A stretch of DNA of 64,000 bases from Mobula hypostoma (taxonomy: Eukaryota): contig NC_086118.1 of NCBI RefSeq assembly GCF_963921235.1, positions 28,398,001-28,462,000 on the forward strand, in the 5' to 3' direction. The notes under the pieces are model-generated. The model searched no databases. It had not been told where the DNA came from and worked only from the letters and a program-made list of their open reading frames with translations. Made by a program: the position numbers and the translations under genes. Shown here one piece after another: positions 1-12,165 of the stretch. Numbering within the stretch: the stretch's first letter is position 1; each line of letters starts with the position of its first letter.

Positions 1-64
1 TCTACTTGGATATGCGCAGCTAAATTGGCGATATTCTTGGACATATTGGGGATGTACATACAAC
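1..64 (-). pseudogene. env: ERV env, continuation after the LINE insertion
   Basis: 62->1 reads CMYIPNMSKNIANLAAHIQV, completing CX6CC-(T/M)YIP when joined to 589 across the insert. Confidence 0.85.
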
Positions 65-587
65 GCTGTACCAATGAGAGCATACTCACCAACTGCATCT
101 CAGTGTGGTATGGCAATTGTCCCGTATCAGACAGCAAAGCACTCCAGCATGTGGTGAAAAGTGCCCAGCGGATTATCGGCACCCAATTGCCCACCATTGA
201 GAACATCTACTGTAAACGCTGCCTGGGCAGGGCGAAAAGCATTATCAGGGATGCATCTCACCCTAACCATGGACCTTTTACTCTCCTCCCATCCAGTAGG
301 CGCTACAGGAGCCTCCGCTCCGGCACCAGCAGGCACAGGAAGGGCTTCTTCCCTGAGGCTGTGACACTGCTGAACCTCCCATCACAGCGCTAAGCAGTAT
401 TGCACCCATATTGTACTGTCTCAGTACTTTTATATTTGTGTGCTGCAGCACTTCTTTTATTCGCAGTTATTTTGTAATTAACATGATTCTTTGCATTTCT
501 GGTCAGATGGTAAATGCATTTCATTGGCTTTGTATCTGTACTCGGTACAATGACAATAAAGTTGAATCTAATCTAAATCTAATCTAA
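65..587 (+). mobile_element. 5'-truncated Rex/Babar-type LINE 3' end with (AATCT)n tail
   Basis: ESILTNCISVWYG...IIRDASHPNH...LLPSSRRYRS...FFPEAVTLLN is the typical Rex1/Babar ORF C-terminus. It is followed by AATAAA and an aatct repeat tail; AAC occurs at both junctions (62-64, 586-588). Confidence 0.88.
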
Positions 588-1570
588 CATTCATAGCCAA
601 TGATAGCACAAGTATCACCCTTTTCGGCCAGCAAAAGATCCAATGCTAATTGATTTTGAAGGGCCACAGCACGATTGGTCACTATTTTGGCAGTGATGAC
701 ATTGATACTTGAGCCATATCATGTAGCACTAGGGCTGTATCATTCGCCAGTTTCTCCAGAGCTGAGGCCATACTGATGCTCTCGTGAGCGAGTCTGGCAG
801 TTCCTCAGAACGGGGGTGCTATTATCCACAAATCCTCAGTTTCTATAATGCTCCTTCGATGACAGCCCCGCATAGCGGAATGCAGAGAGAATTTGGGCAG
901 GGAGTACATAACGTACATGGGTTTCGTAGGCCAAGTAACAACAACTCCTCCACAGCTTTTGTTCGGGTCATTGATGCCACTATTTTGGGCTACTTCTGGC
1001 AGCCAGTGATGGGCCTGGTAGTCACACATCCAGTAAGTACCATTAACAGGATCTGGAGGGTCACCAGTGGTATAGCTATTGTATATTCTGCTACTTCAGT
1101 CTAGTCCAGTCCCCTGCTGGTTACAATAAAATATTGCACCCGTATCCCCATGAAGCAGCTTCGGTGCAAGGGGCTTTTGTGTTCCATTGTAGGTAGACTG
1201 ATACCAACTCTCGAAACAGTTGCATTGGCAAGATTCATTCCTATGGGCGGTGCAGTTCCTTGCTTGCTTTACAGTTTTAGATTTGTTAATAAAATAAAAC
1301 ACGGAATCAAACTCACTATGATTCAGGGGCATAAACTGCATGAGCAATCCATCTCCTGGATGTGCAGGCCCTCTAGACCACATTCTAGTATGTGATGCGT
1401 ATTTATAACTTAAGGCAAAAAAAAAGGTGTTAGGGGTATTAGTGTTGTGGGATACTTCTGCGTTTAGGCAGAAAATAGTTGTTTAGGTTTCCCAAAATGT
1501 ATAATGCATATTGGTTACTTAAGGTGGCAAATAGCAAAGATCAGTAATCCAGTCCCTGAGTCCTTATCAT
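586..1570 (-). pseudogene. env: ERV env, 5' part (SU, furin-like site, fusion peptide/heptad repeat, immunosuppressive domain); frameshifted, with stops
   Basis: 661->587 reads LQNQLALDLLLAEKGDTCAIIGYEC (ISD plus start of CX6CC). Upstream reads CHRR/SIIETEDLWIIAPPF*GTARLAHESISMASALEKLANDTAL. The pol stop (1572-1570) overlaps a candidate ATG (TGATG). Confidence 0.88.
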
Positions 1571-1676
1571 CAAGATTCTTCTAGCCACCTGTTCCCTGGT
1601 TCAGCTGCCTTAACGTGCAAGGCATGTATCCACATTGGCTTTCCTTGCACCTTTTAAGGTGGTGTATACCACTTTA

Positions 1677-3137
1677 AATCAGGTTTAATATCACTGGCAT
1701 GTTTCGTGAAATTTGTTAACTTAGCAGGAGTACAATGCAATGCATAGTAATATAGAAAAAAATAAGTAAATTAATTACTGTGTGTGTGCGCATGTATATG
1801 TGTGTGTATATATATATATATATAAAATAGTTAAAATTAAAAATAGTGTAAAAACAGAAATAATAAGAGTGAGGTAATGTTCATGGGTTCAATGTCGATT
1901 TAGGAATCGGATGGTTAAGGGAAAGAAGCTGTTCCTGTTTCACTGAGTGAGTGCCTTCAGGATTTTGTACCTCCTTCCTGACGATAACAATGAGAAAGAG
2001 CGTATCCTGGGGTTTGGGATCCTTGATGATGGACGCTGTATTTGAGACGCCGCTCCTTGAAACTGTCTTGGATTCTGTGGAGGCTAGTACCCAAGATGGA
2101 GCTGGCTAATTTTACAGCTTTCTGTAACTTTCAAACCTGTGCAGTAGCAACCCACCCTGCACCCTTATACCGGACAAAGGTGCAGCCTGTCAGAATGCCC
2201 CCCACAGTACATCTGTAGAAGTTTGTGTGTGTTTTAGGTGACGATCCAAATCTCCTCAAGAAATATAGTTGTTGTCTTGTCTTCTTTACAGCTGCATCCA
2301 TACGTTGGGATCAGGTTAGATCCTCAGCGATCTTGACACGCAGAAACTTGAAATTGCTCACTCTCTCCACTTCTGATCCCTCCATGAGGATTAGTGTGTT
2401 TTCCCTTGTCTTACCCTTCCTGAAGTCCACAATCAGCTCTTTGGTCTTACTGACATTGAGTGCAAGATTGTTGCTGTGACACCACTCAACCAGCTCGTAT
2501 GTCTCACTTCTGTACGCCCTCTCATCTCGAATGGAGATTCTGTCAACAATGGTTGTATCATCAGCAAATTTATAGAAGGCTTTTGAGCTGTGCCTAGCCC
2601 CACTGTCATGGGTATAGAGAGAGTAGAGCAGTGGGCTAAGCACACATTCCTGAGGTGCACCAGTGTTGATTGTCAGCGAGGAGGAGATATCTCCAATCCA
2701 CACAGACTGTGGTTTCCCCGTTAGGAAGTTGAGGATCCATTTGCAGAGGGAAGTACACGGGCCTAGGTTCCGCATCTTTAATGATAGGGATTATAAAAAT
2801 TATGGTGTTAAACATTGAGCTGTAGTCAACAAACAGCATCCTGACATAGATGTTTGTATTGCCCAGGTGATCTAAGGCCGTGTGAAGAGCCATTGAGATT
2901 GCATCTGCCATAGACTTATTTTGGCGGTAGGTAAATTGCAATGGGTCCTGATTCTTGCTGAGGCAGAAATCGATTCTAGCCAAGACCAAATTATCAATGC
3001 ATTTCTTCACAGTAGATATGAGTGCTACTGGATGATGGTCAATAAGGCAGCTCATACTACTTTTCTTGGGCACTGATACAATTGCTGCCATTTTGAAGAA
3101 GGTGGGAACTTCTGACCATAGCAATGAGAGTCTGAAA
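1677..3137 (-). mobile_element. 5'-truncated Rex/Babar-type LINE (RT and C-terminal domain), inserted in the ERV integrase C-terminus
   Basis: ORFs 2636-3154 and 2311-2775 contain [42 protein letters not shown]. The 3' UTR has a (TG)n/(TA)n tract near 1780-1823 and an AAACCTGATT tail. Confidence 0.9.
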
Positions 3138-3840
3138 ACTTGGAATGGTTCCAAAACTTAGAATGACAGCTTCAGGCAGTTCTTTCATTGGGAGGCTCTC
3201 ACCAGTACTCAATCTCATGGCGGATAGCTATAGCACTCTGCAGTTGCCGTGACTTCGTTGGGCTTCTGAAAACTGGTGATGGAAACCCTTAAGAGTCTGC
3301 ATTAATTCTCACAATACTATAACATTTTTTCACTCACAGTATAGATGTCCATCTGCTTTACCAGAAAGGAAGGAACGACTGGCATACCAATGATATCAGG
3401 CGGTGATAACCCAGTCACACAGTTTGGAGCACAGTGCATCGTCACGAGGGTTAGTGAAAGCACCTCTGGCCACCTTAGTCCAGTTCCCTCACACAGTTTA
3501 GCCAGCTTGCTCTTCAGGACCCCGTTCTGTCTTTCAACTGCCCCAGTAGATTGAGGGTGGTAAGAACAAGTGAAATGGTGCTTAAGTGTAAGGGGTTTCA
3601 TTATTTCCTGTATCACCTTGCCTGTGAAGTGTGGACTGTTATCACTCAAAATCTTTTTGAGGATTTCAAGCCTAAGAATAAACTCTCATAAGAAAAGTTC
3701 AGCCGCATTTTATTGCATTATTTTTATTAGCTGCATGTGTTTCTACAACTGATAAAACATACAATGACAGACATATAATTATAACACATGCATTTTGCGT
3801 AATTGCAAGAAGTCCTTTTGGAAAATGCAGGCTTGATTTA

Positions 3841-4337
3841 GAACCATAGAACCATAGAACATTACAGCACAGAAACAGGCCTTTTGGCCCTTCTTGGCTG
3901 TGCCGAACCATTTTTCTGCCTAGTCCCACTGACCTGCACCTGGACCATATCCCTCCATACACCTGTCCAAGTTTTTCTTAAATGTTAAAGGTGAGCCCGC
4001 ATTTACCACTTTATCTGGCAGCTCATTCCACACTGCCACCACTCTCTGTGTGAAGAAGCCCCCCTAATGTTCCCTTTAAACTTTTCCCCCTTCACCCTTA
4101 ACCCATGTCCTCTGCTTTTTTCTCCCCTAGCCTCGGTGGAAAAAGCCTGCTTGCATTCACTCTATCAATACCCATCATAATTTTATATACTCTATCAAAT
4201 CTCCCCTCATTCTTCTATGCTCCAGGGAATAAAGTCCTAACCAATTCAACCTTTCTCTGTAACTCAGTTTCTCAAGTCCCGGCAACATCCTTGTAAACCT
4301 TCTCTGCACTCTTTCAACCTTATTAATATCCTTCCTG
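3841..4337 (-). mobile_element. CR1 LINE 3' end
   Basis: YRKDINKVERVQRRFTRMLPGL...RMRGDLIE, with a (CTATGGTT)-type tail at ~3841-3860. Confidence 0.9.
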
Positions 4338-4440
4338 TAATTTTTACAGTTTGCCAAGTAAGCCCGCAGAAAAATGAATCTCAGGGCTGTATGTAATGAT
4401 ATGCACATACTCTGATAATAAATTTTACTTTGAACTTTGA
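4338..4440 (+). repeat. LINE 3' UTR/tail fragment (Rex-type)
   Basis: AATCTCAGGG...GATAATAAATTTTACTTTGAACTTTGA; the same tail recurs at ~28620-28845 and, reversed, at ~5400 and ~48940. Confidence 0.6.
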
Positions 4441-5399
4441 GAATCTCATCACTTTCCCTACCCATATCATTGGTACCTGATTTCTGAATTTCTGAAATCA
4501 TTGATTTCTGGTGAGGGTGGGGTGATGGGGGTGGTGGGAGGACCAAAAGTGACTAGTACCAGAAGTATTTTCCCAGGATTGTGTCTCTGACAAATCATAC
4601 ATCTTGCCGTTACTTTTCTCACTAAAGCAGGAAATCCTGGCACACGTTGCTCATTTTTGATCATGGCCATCAATCCCCCTTTTCTCATGAATCAAATCAA
4701 GTATTGTACATACAAGCAAGGGAAGGAGAGTGGAGGGTGCCCCATGACAACCATCAGAGTGATGGCAGAGGCCCAGAGAGACTTGAACACAGTGTGACTT
4801 AATCCATGAAATCTTTTCTGCCTCATGTGCATCACACTGATATTGGGTAAATTCATAAATGGAACTTGAAAAAAGAATTGGCAGCCTGAACGCATTGGGG
4901 TACCACTTGCCCATCAAGAACTGCTGCTGCTGCCCTGGCAACAGAATCTGCCTGTTTATTACTCTTAGATATTTCATCACTTCCATTAGTATGAGCAGTA
5001 CACTTAATAACTGTCATCGAAGAAGTTAATAACATAGTGAAGAGAAGACTAGCAATCAAACTGCTATGTTTAACTGGAGTTCCTGAAGAGCTGCGGAATC
5101 CACATAGCTTCCGTAATTGTCCACAATCATGTGACACTCCAAAGGCATAATGGGAGTCTGTATATTCACAGAAGTACTGGCTGCAGGGATACAAGCTCTT
5201 GTTAAAGCAGAAAGCTCAATTAGTTGAGCAGAACAGGAAGAGGAGAGTTGTGCTGCTTCCGCTGTTGCATGGGGTGAAACTCCCCATATCCACTAAAAAT
5301 TCTTCCTTTATCATATCAGAAGGAAGAGCCATTCCACAAAGGAAATTAACTGTTTTGCAATGGCATATCTCATAGGTTCAGTTGTGGACAGTCAATAAT

Positions 5400-6160
5400 A
5401 TTTCAAAGTTTATCTTCGCATTACGTACACGTCATCATGTACAACCATGGGATACATTTTCTTCCAAGCATACTGAATAAATCCATAGCATAATAACCAT
5501 AACAGAATCAATGAAAGGCTGCATCACCTTGGGGGGTCAATCAGCATGCAAAGGACAACAAAATGAGGGAGGGAGGGGGGAAGGAGGGGAGGAGGGAAGG
5601 AGGGAAGGAAGTCCTTGAAAATGAGAAGGCGGGAACATTTCAAAGTTGGTGCAGGTGAAGTTGAGTGAATTTACTCCCTTTGATTCAAGGGCCTGATGGT
5701 GAGGGGTAATAACTGTTCCTGAACCGGGTGCTGAGTCCTGAGGCTCCTGAATTGAATTGACTTATTTCTTACATCCTTCGCATACATGAGGAGTAAAAAT
5801 CTTTATGTTACGTCTCCGTCTAAATGTGCAATGTGCAATCATAGTAATTTATAATAATTTACAGTAAATAGAACAGTCAATGTAACATAGAAATACACTC
5901 AAATCAACTGTACTACCTTCTTAATGGCAGCAGTGAGAAGAGAGCATGTCCTGGGTGCTGGGGGACCCTGATGATAAATGCTGCTTTCCTTGACAGAGCT
6001 TCGCGTAGATGTGCTTTATGCTGGGGAGGACTTTACCAGTGATGGACTGGGCCATATCCAGTACTTTTTGTAGGTTTTCCATTCAAGGGCAGTGGAGTTT
6101 CCATACCAGGCTATAATGCAGTCAGTCTATATACTCTGCATTACACATAGAAGTTTGATA
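5400..6160 (-). mobile_element. Rex/Babar-type LINE 3' fragment, with a short second LINE tail (~5750-5905) inserted
   Basis: Homologous to the 3' coding part of 1677-3137. The GAATT/AATTG-repeat tail of the nested piece interrupts GAGGCTCCTG..TAC. Confidence 0.7.
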
Positions 6161-6319
6161 TTTTGTAGTTAGTAAAGACAATAGGCAGCTTAATTGTTGG
6201 GTATGTTTCGCATCCTTCTGTTTTCTCGTCCACCTCCGGCACCCCCAATTATGTAAAGGGAAGCTATGTTTTAGGCAGACCTTTCCGGAAAAGTCTCATT
6301 ACCGAGGCAGCACCCGCTT

Positions 6320-7700
6320 GGCATGAATGCGCACTGCTGAGAACAGCAGTCAGTGCAGGGTTCACCTGTGGCCATTTCCCTCAGCAATAAGTACTGTTGG
6401 ATACTGTTGGGGACGGGGTGTTGGGAGTGACCCATCAGGGCACAGCAGCAGCAAGAGCCAGGCCAGTGGCTCTGTGGCTGATTCTGAAGCTCAGCAGGAA
6501 AGGGTAAAATTAGGTAGACTGATAGTGACAGGAGACTCGATAATTAGGGACGCACAGCAGGTTTTGTGCCCATGATTAAGAAACCAAATAGTGTATTCTC
6601 TGCCAGGGGCTAGGGTCCATGATACCTCAGAGCGGCTGTAGAGGATTCTCTAGAGGGAGGGTGACCAGCCGGGGTCATGGTGTACATTGGCAACAATGAC
6701 ATGGTTAAAAAGGTGGAAGAGGTCCTGTGGGGAAGGTTATGAAAAGCAGGCCCCCCAAGGCAGTAATCTCTGGATTACTCCTAGTATCACATGCTAGTCA
6801 GGGCAGGAATAGGTTGATGGCACAGATGAATGAGTGTCCGAGCAAGTGGTACAGGGGACCGGTTTTCAGATTTCTGGATCATTATGATCTCCTCTGGGGA
6901 AGGTATGACCTGTACAAAAAGGAGGAGTTGCACCTTAACCTACGGGGGACCAATATCTTTGCAGGGACATTTGCTAGAGCTGTTGGGAAGGGTTTAAAAT
7001 AATTTGGCAGGGGAATGAGAACCAGAGTGGTAGGGCTGGGGATGGGGCACTTGGAATGCAAGTCAATGCATTGGGTAGTGAGTTAGTGCATTGGGTAGTG
7101 AGTCAGTGAGGAAGGACAGGAGATGATAGGGCAAAATTACAGTCAGTGGGATAAATTGAAGTGTGACATGGGGAAAAATCAAAAATGGTGATGAATACAG
7201 GACTGAAAGTGTTATATTTGAACGCATGCAGTATATAGAATAAGGTGGATAATCTTGTAGCACATTTAGAGAATGGCAGGTATGACATTGTGGGCATCAC
7301 TGAGCCATGGCTGAAAGACCACAGTTGGGTGCTTAGCATCCAAAGAGACACCTTATATTGAAAGGATGGCAGGTAGACAAAGGGCTCTGTTGGTTGAAAA
7401 TGGGATCAAACCCTTAGAAAGAGGTGACATAGGATCAGAAGATATAGAATCCTTGTGAGTGGAGTTTGGAAGCTGCAAAGGGAAACAGACTCTGATGGGA
7501 ATTATATACAGGCCCTCAAACAGTAGCCAAGATGTGAGATAAAAATTACAATGGGGCAATAGAAAAGGCATGTTATAAGGGCAATGTTGGGATAGTCATA
7601 GGAGATTTCTATATGCAAGTAGATTGGGAAAATCAAGTTGGTGCTGGATTCCAAGAGACAGAATTTGTAGAATGCCTATGAGATTGCATTTTACAAGAAT
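6320..7700 (+). mobile_element. CR1 LINE 5' part: ORF1 SGNH-esterase-like region and ORF2 endonuclease start, degraded
   Basis: ORF1 esterase motifs VTGDSIIR, VHIGNND, AVISGLL, LHLNLRGTNIFA, then APE endonuclease LKVLYLNACSI..KVD..YDIVGITEPWL. Confidence 0.8.
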
Positions 7701-7704
7701 GTCT

Positions 7705-10200
7705 ATAAGGGAGAGTTAGAGGGGATGAGAACCAGAGTGCCAGAGCAGATAATGGAGTGGTTGTTAAGCCTGCATACCAAGTCAGGAATCAAAAGGCTAA
7801 TGTGGGTCTAATGTTCTGAGCTGCATATATTGCAGTGCAAGGAGTATTGTAGGAAAGGTGGATGAGCTTGTGGCATGGATCAGCATGTGGAAATATGATA
7901 TTGTATCCATTCGTGAAACTTGGTTGCAGGATGGGTTGAACTGTCAGCTCAGTGTTCCAGGATTCCATTGTTTTAGATGTGATAGAATGCAAAGAGTGAA
8001 GCGGGGGGAGATGGCAGTACTAATCAGGGAAAATGTATTGACGGTGCTTAGCCAGGTCCGACAGGAGAGTTTCTTTAGTGATGCTTTAATGGGATTATAT
8101 TATAGACTGCTCAACAGTCTGCAGGATTTGGAGGAGCAAATTTGTAGAGAGATCGCAGACTGTTGCAAGAAACACAAGGTTGAGACAGTAGGTGATTTTA
8201 ATTTTCCACATATTTACTGGGACTCCCATACAGTAAAAGGGATGGATGGGAAAGAGTCTGTCAAATGTGTTCAGGAAAATTTCCTTAATCAATCTATGGA
8301 TGTCCCAACTCGAGAGAGAGCAATACTAGATCTCCTATTAGGAAATAAGACAGGGCAGAAGTTTGTGTAGGGAACACTTTACATCTAGTGATCACAATGC
8401 CAGTAGTTTCAAAGTAAATATGCAAAGAGATAGGTCCAGTCCACAGGTTGAGACTCTAAATCACAGAATGGCCAACTTTGATGGTATTAGAAAGGATCTG
8501 GCAAGTGTGGATTGGGGCAGATGTACATGGTAAGTGGGAGTCCTTCAAAAGTGAAATTTAGAGAATACAGAGTTTGTATGCTCCTGTCAGAATAAAAAGC
8601 AAGGCTAACAGGTGAAGGAAACCTGGGTTTCAAGAGATATTGAGGCCCTGGTTAAGAAAAAGAAGGAGGTGAACAGCAGGTGTAGGCAGGCAGGAACAAA
8701 TGAGGTAGTTGAGAAGTATAAGAAATGCAAGAGAACAGTTAGGAAGGAAATCAGGATGGCTAAACGAAAGCATGAGGTTACTCGAGCAGACAAGGTAAAG
8801 GAGAATCCTAAGGACTTCTATGGATATATTAAGAGAAAAAGGATAGCAAGGATAGCACAAAATTAGTCCTCTGGAAGGTCAGTGTGATAATACATGCACA
8901 GAGCTGAAAGAGATGGGGGGATGGGAATAGGTTTTACATCTGTATTTACTTGGGAGATAGCACAGAGTATAGATGTGAATCAATGAAGTAGTGTGGTCAT
9001 GGAATCTATAGAGATTACAGAAGAGGAGCTGTTTGTTTCCTTGAGGCAAATTAGGATGGGTAAAGCTCCAGGGCCTAATCATGTGTTCCTTCAGACCCTG
9101 TAGGAGGCTAGTGCAGAAATTTCAGGTGCCCGAGCAGAGATATTTAAAACACCCTTAGCCATAAGTGAGGTGCTTCAGGATAGGCAATGTTGTTCCATTG
9201 TTGAAGAAAGGCCCTAAAAATAAGCCTAGACATTGTAGGCCGGTGAGCCAGACATCAGTGGTGGGAAAGTTATTGGAAGGTGTTCTAAGAGATTAGATAT
9301 ATTCAGTAAGTATTTGGATAGACAGGAATAGAATAGGGATAGTCATCATGGCTTTGTGTGTGGTTAAGTTACATCTTAACAAACTAACGTACGAGGAAAG
9401 ATGATGAAAAAAAGGCTGTGGATATTATCTGCGTGGACTTTAGCAAGGCCTTTGACAAGGACCCACGTGAGAGGTTGGTCAAGAAGGTTCAGTCACTTGG
9501 CATTCAAGATGAGATAGTAAATTGGATTAGACATTGGCTTTGAATAAGAAGCCAAAGGATGGTAGTAGATGGTTGCCTCTCTGACTGGAGGCCTGTGACT
9601 AGTGGTGTGCCGCGAGGATCAGTGCTGGGCCTATTGTTGTGTGTCATCTAATATATATCAATGATCTAGCTGATAATGTGGTAAAAAGATTTGTGGAGGA
9701 CACCAAGATTGGGGGAGTAGTGGACAATATAGAAGACTATCAAAACTTGGAGCGGGATCTGGACCAGTTGAAAAAATGTGCTGAAAAATAGCAGATGGAA
9801 TTTAATGCAGACAAGTGTGAGGTGTTGTACTTTTGGGAGGACCAACAAGGGAAGGTCTTACGCAGTGAGTAGTAAGGCACTGAAGAGCATATAGAACAGA
9901 ATGATGGAATACAGATTGATGATTGCTAGAAAGTGACATCACAGGTAGAAAGGGTTGTGAAAAAATGCTAGGTGTACATTGGCCTTCATTAATCAATGTA
10001 GAATACAGGAGTTAGAACAGTATGTTGAAATTGTGTAAGACTTTAGTGAGGCCTAATTTGGAGTACTGTGTCCAGTTTTGGTCACTTACTTACGGAGAAG
10101 ATCTAACTAACATTGAAAGAGTGCAGAGACAATTTACAAGGATGTTACCAGGATTTATGCATCTGAGTTATAGGGAAAGGTTGAATAGGTTAGGGCTTTA
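7705..10200 (+). mobile_element. CR1 LINE ORF2 (endonuclease and RT), degraded
   Basis: KYDIVSIRETWL, VGDFNFPHI, PTRERAILDLLL, DFSKAFDK, GSVLGLLL, KTLVRPNLEYCVQFWS, ERVQRQFTRMLPG. Confidence 0.9.
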
Positions 10201-10304
10201 TCAAGTTCAATTCAAGTTTAATGGTCTTTCAACCATACATGAATACCCATGAATACAGACAAACAAAACAGCATTATTCAGAAGCCAAGGTGCAAAGCAC
10301 AGTA

Positions 10305-10830
10305 CAGTTGAGTACCCCGATCCAAAATTCCAATATCCAAAAACCTCCAAAATCTGCATTTTGTTGAGCGCTGATATGACATCACAAATGGAAAATTCAA
10401 CAAGACGCTGGGAAAATTCCCAGGTGATGCGCAGTTCTCTGCACACCACAGACAGTTCTGAGGAGTGACTTTTGATATGTAATGAACAGAAGTTAATGAA
10501 AAATATCAACATAAGGCAGATGAACATATGTCACATAAGGATATGCTGATCGTGAAACAAGCAAAGATCTATCACGACAAATTGAAAATGGAAGATAATT
10601 GTGAACATTCAGTGGGTTGCAGTGGTTGCAGAAATTTAAGAATAGGTATGACATTAAATTTTTAAAGTAGAATATCTGCTGATCACAAAATTCTTATATC
10701 AGAACAAGTCTACAATGACTATTGTTTTTATGCAGTACCTTAAATAAAACCTAAAAAAAGTAAAATACAAACATAGTGTGCTGTAGCCTTTTAATCAAAG
10801 CACAACACAGTATTCATGTGAATAACATTT
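10305..10830 (+). mobile_element. Tigger/pogo (Tigger4/Zombi-like) DNA transposon fragment, internally deleted
   Basis: TA followed by CAGTTGAGTACCCCGATCCAAAATTCC...TTGAGCGCTGATATGACATCACAAATGGAAAATTC, resembling the Tigger4 5' end. ~10543-10670 encodes MLIVKQAKIYHDKLK...LQKFKNRYDIKFLK (CENP-B HTH). No right TIR seen. Confidence 0.65.
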
Positions 10831-12036
10831 ACTTTTGGGAAGAACTAGAAATGTTCAGAAGTACAACTTCATTCTGCTCATTAAAAAAATGTAAAGAGGC
10901 AAAAAAATAGTTGTTATCTGTTAGAATCCATTGTTTGTTCTAAACCTTGCTGAACTGCTTAGACATGTAAAGTTTTAGGATGAAAGGAGGGGTGTGGAAA
11001 CTAAATTTCTTTGAAGGAGCCAGATCAAACATGATGAGTTGAATTGTGTCCAGGATTCTATCCATCAGGATACTTGTACAGTAAACTGAGATTTGAAGGG
11101 AATCTCCTCATAGACCCATGTGTAAGCAGGCCCACCCTTTTTCATAATCATGTTCTTGCTGATGAAAGAGAACTTTCAGAATTCTTTCGCAATAATATAC
11201 AAGAGTCCATCTTGCATGTTAGTATGAAATAATTTACTGAAAAAGACCTGGTCACATTTAGCTTCGGACTGTGAACCAGTCAGTCAATGTGGATGATTCT
11301 TTAAACGCAGAAATTGCAGGGTCAGAAGTTACATAAAAGCAGGAGATAGTTTCCAACTGCTAAGACATCCTGGGGGAAGTTACCTACCACTGTCTTGTGG
11401 AGGCTAAATGCCAGCCCTTCAACACCACAAAGTTTCCATTGTACCATAACCTTGCCACTAAACATAAGGCTAATTTTTTTCCCATTTGGCCACTAGATAT
11501 TTTCCCTCCTTCTCTTGCAATCCTCATAGTTACCTAGCCCCACATATTTTGCTTCTAATCCTAACAACCACAGTTGAGAACTATCGAGGTAGAGTGGTCA
11601 GTTAAACCTGTTCTCGCCAAATTGAACTCAGGTCTTCCTATCTTTACTCAGTTCTTATTCAGTATCCGGCCCAGGCCAACCTACTTTTGAGACATTTTGG
11701 AGATACTTTGCTGCTTTAATGATTTCAACCACTTTCAACCAAATATCCCATCCAGCTATGCTTCAAGACAGGCTGAAGCCCTTTGCTAATTCCTTGAACT
11801 TAGATTTAAGTAAACCCATGTATTGGACTCTTTCCCTAACTTTCTCACATGAAGCAATCTCTCTTCAGACTCTATTCACTTTCTCCAAACTTGTGTAACT
11901 GACAGCTATACAATCCAGAACTGCCCAAAATAACCCTGCCACTTCCTGGCATGTGCGAACGTCTTATTTCCACTTTCAGCTTAAACCTGTGTCATCTTTT
12001 TTGGATTTTCCCACCCTGGGAAAAAGACTGCATATT

Positions 12037-12165
12037 CAGTCCTGATGAAGGGTTTCAGCCCAAAGTTTTGACACTTTATTCCTCCCTCTAGATGCTGCCT
12101 GACCTGCTGAGTTCCTTGGTGTTTTGTGTGTGTTACCCTGGACTTCCAGTATCTGCAGAATATCT
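12037..12165 (+). repeat. Penelope-like terminal repeat copy with degenerate hammerhead motif, embedded in an old minus-strand CR1 fragment (~11700-12250)
   Basis: CAGTCCTGATGAAGGG...GATGCTGCCTGACCTGCTGAGTTCC, same family as 52640-52770. Confidence 0.7.

Larger units (their letters stand above)
1..5400 (-). mobile_element. Degraded endogenous retrovirus (class I, gamma/epsilon-like): pol (RNase H, integrase) and env, interrupted by several LINE insertions; continues beyond the left edge
   Basis: Minus-strand translation gives motifs in retroviral order: RNase H (FV(D)GSS ~5340, SAQLIELSALTRAC, YTDSHYAFG, KCTAH, SNKQADSVA); integrase Zn finger (CMICQRHNPGK ~4600); core (SDNSPHF, YHPQSTGAVERQNGVLK, 3317-3650); C-terminus (PFQV ~3145, KVQGKPMWIHALHVK ~1610-1655); then env TM. 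Confidence 0.9.

Noticed and set aside
25..393. 122-aa ORF as a host gene
   Set aside because: Chimera of antisense env and a Rex LINE C-terminus.
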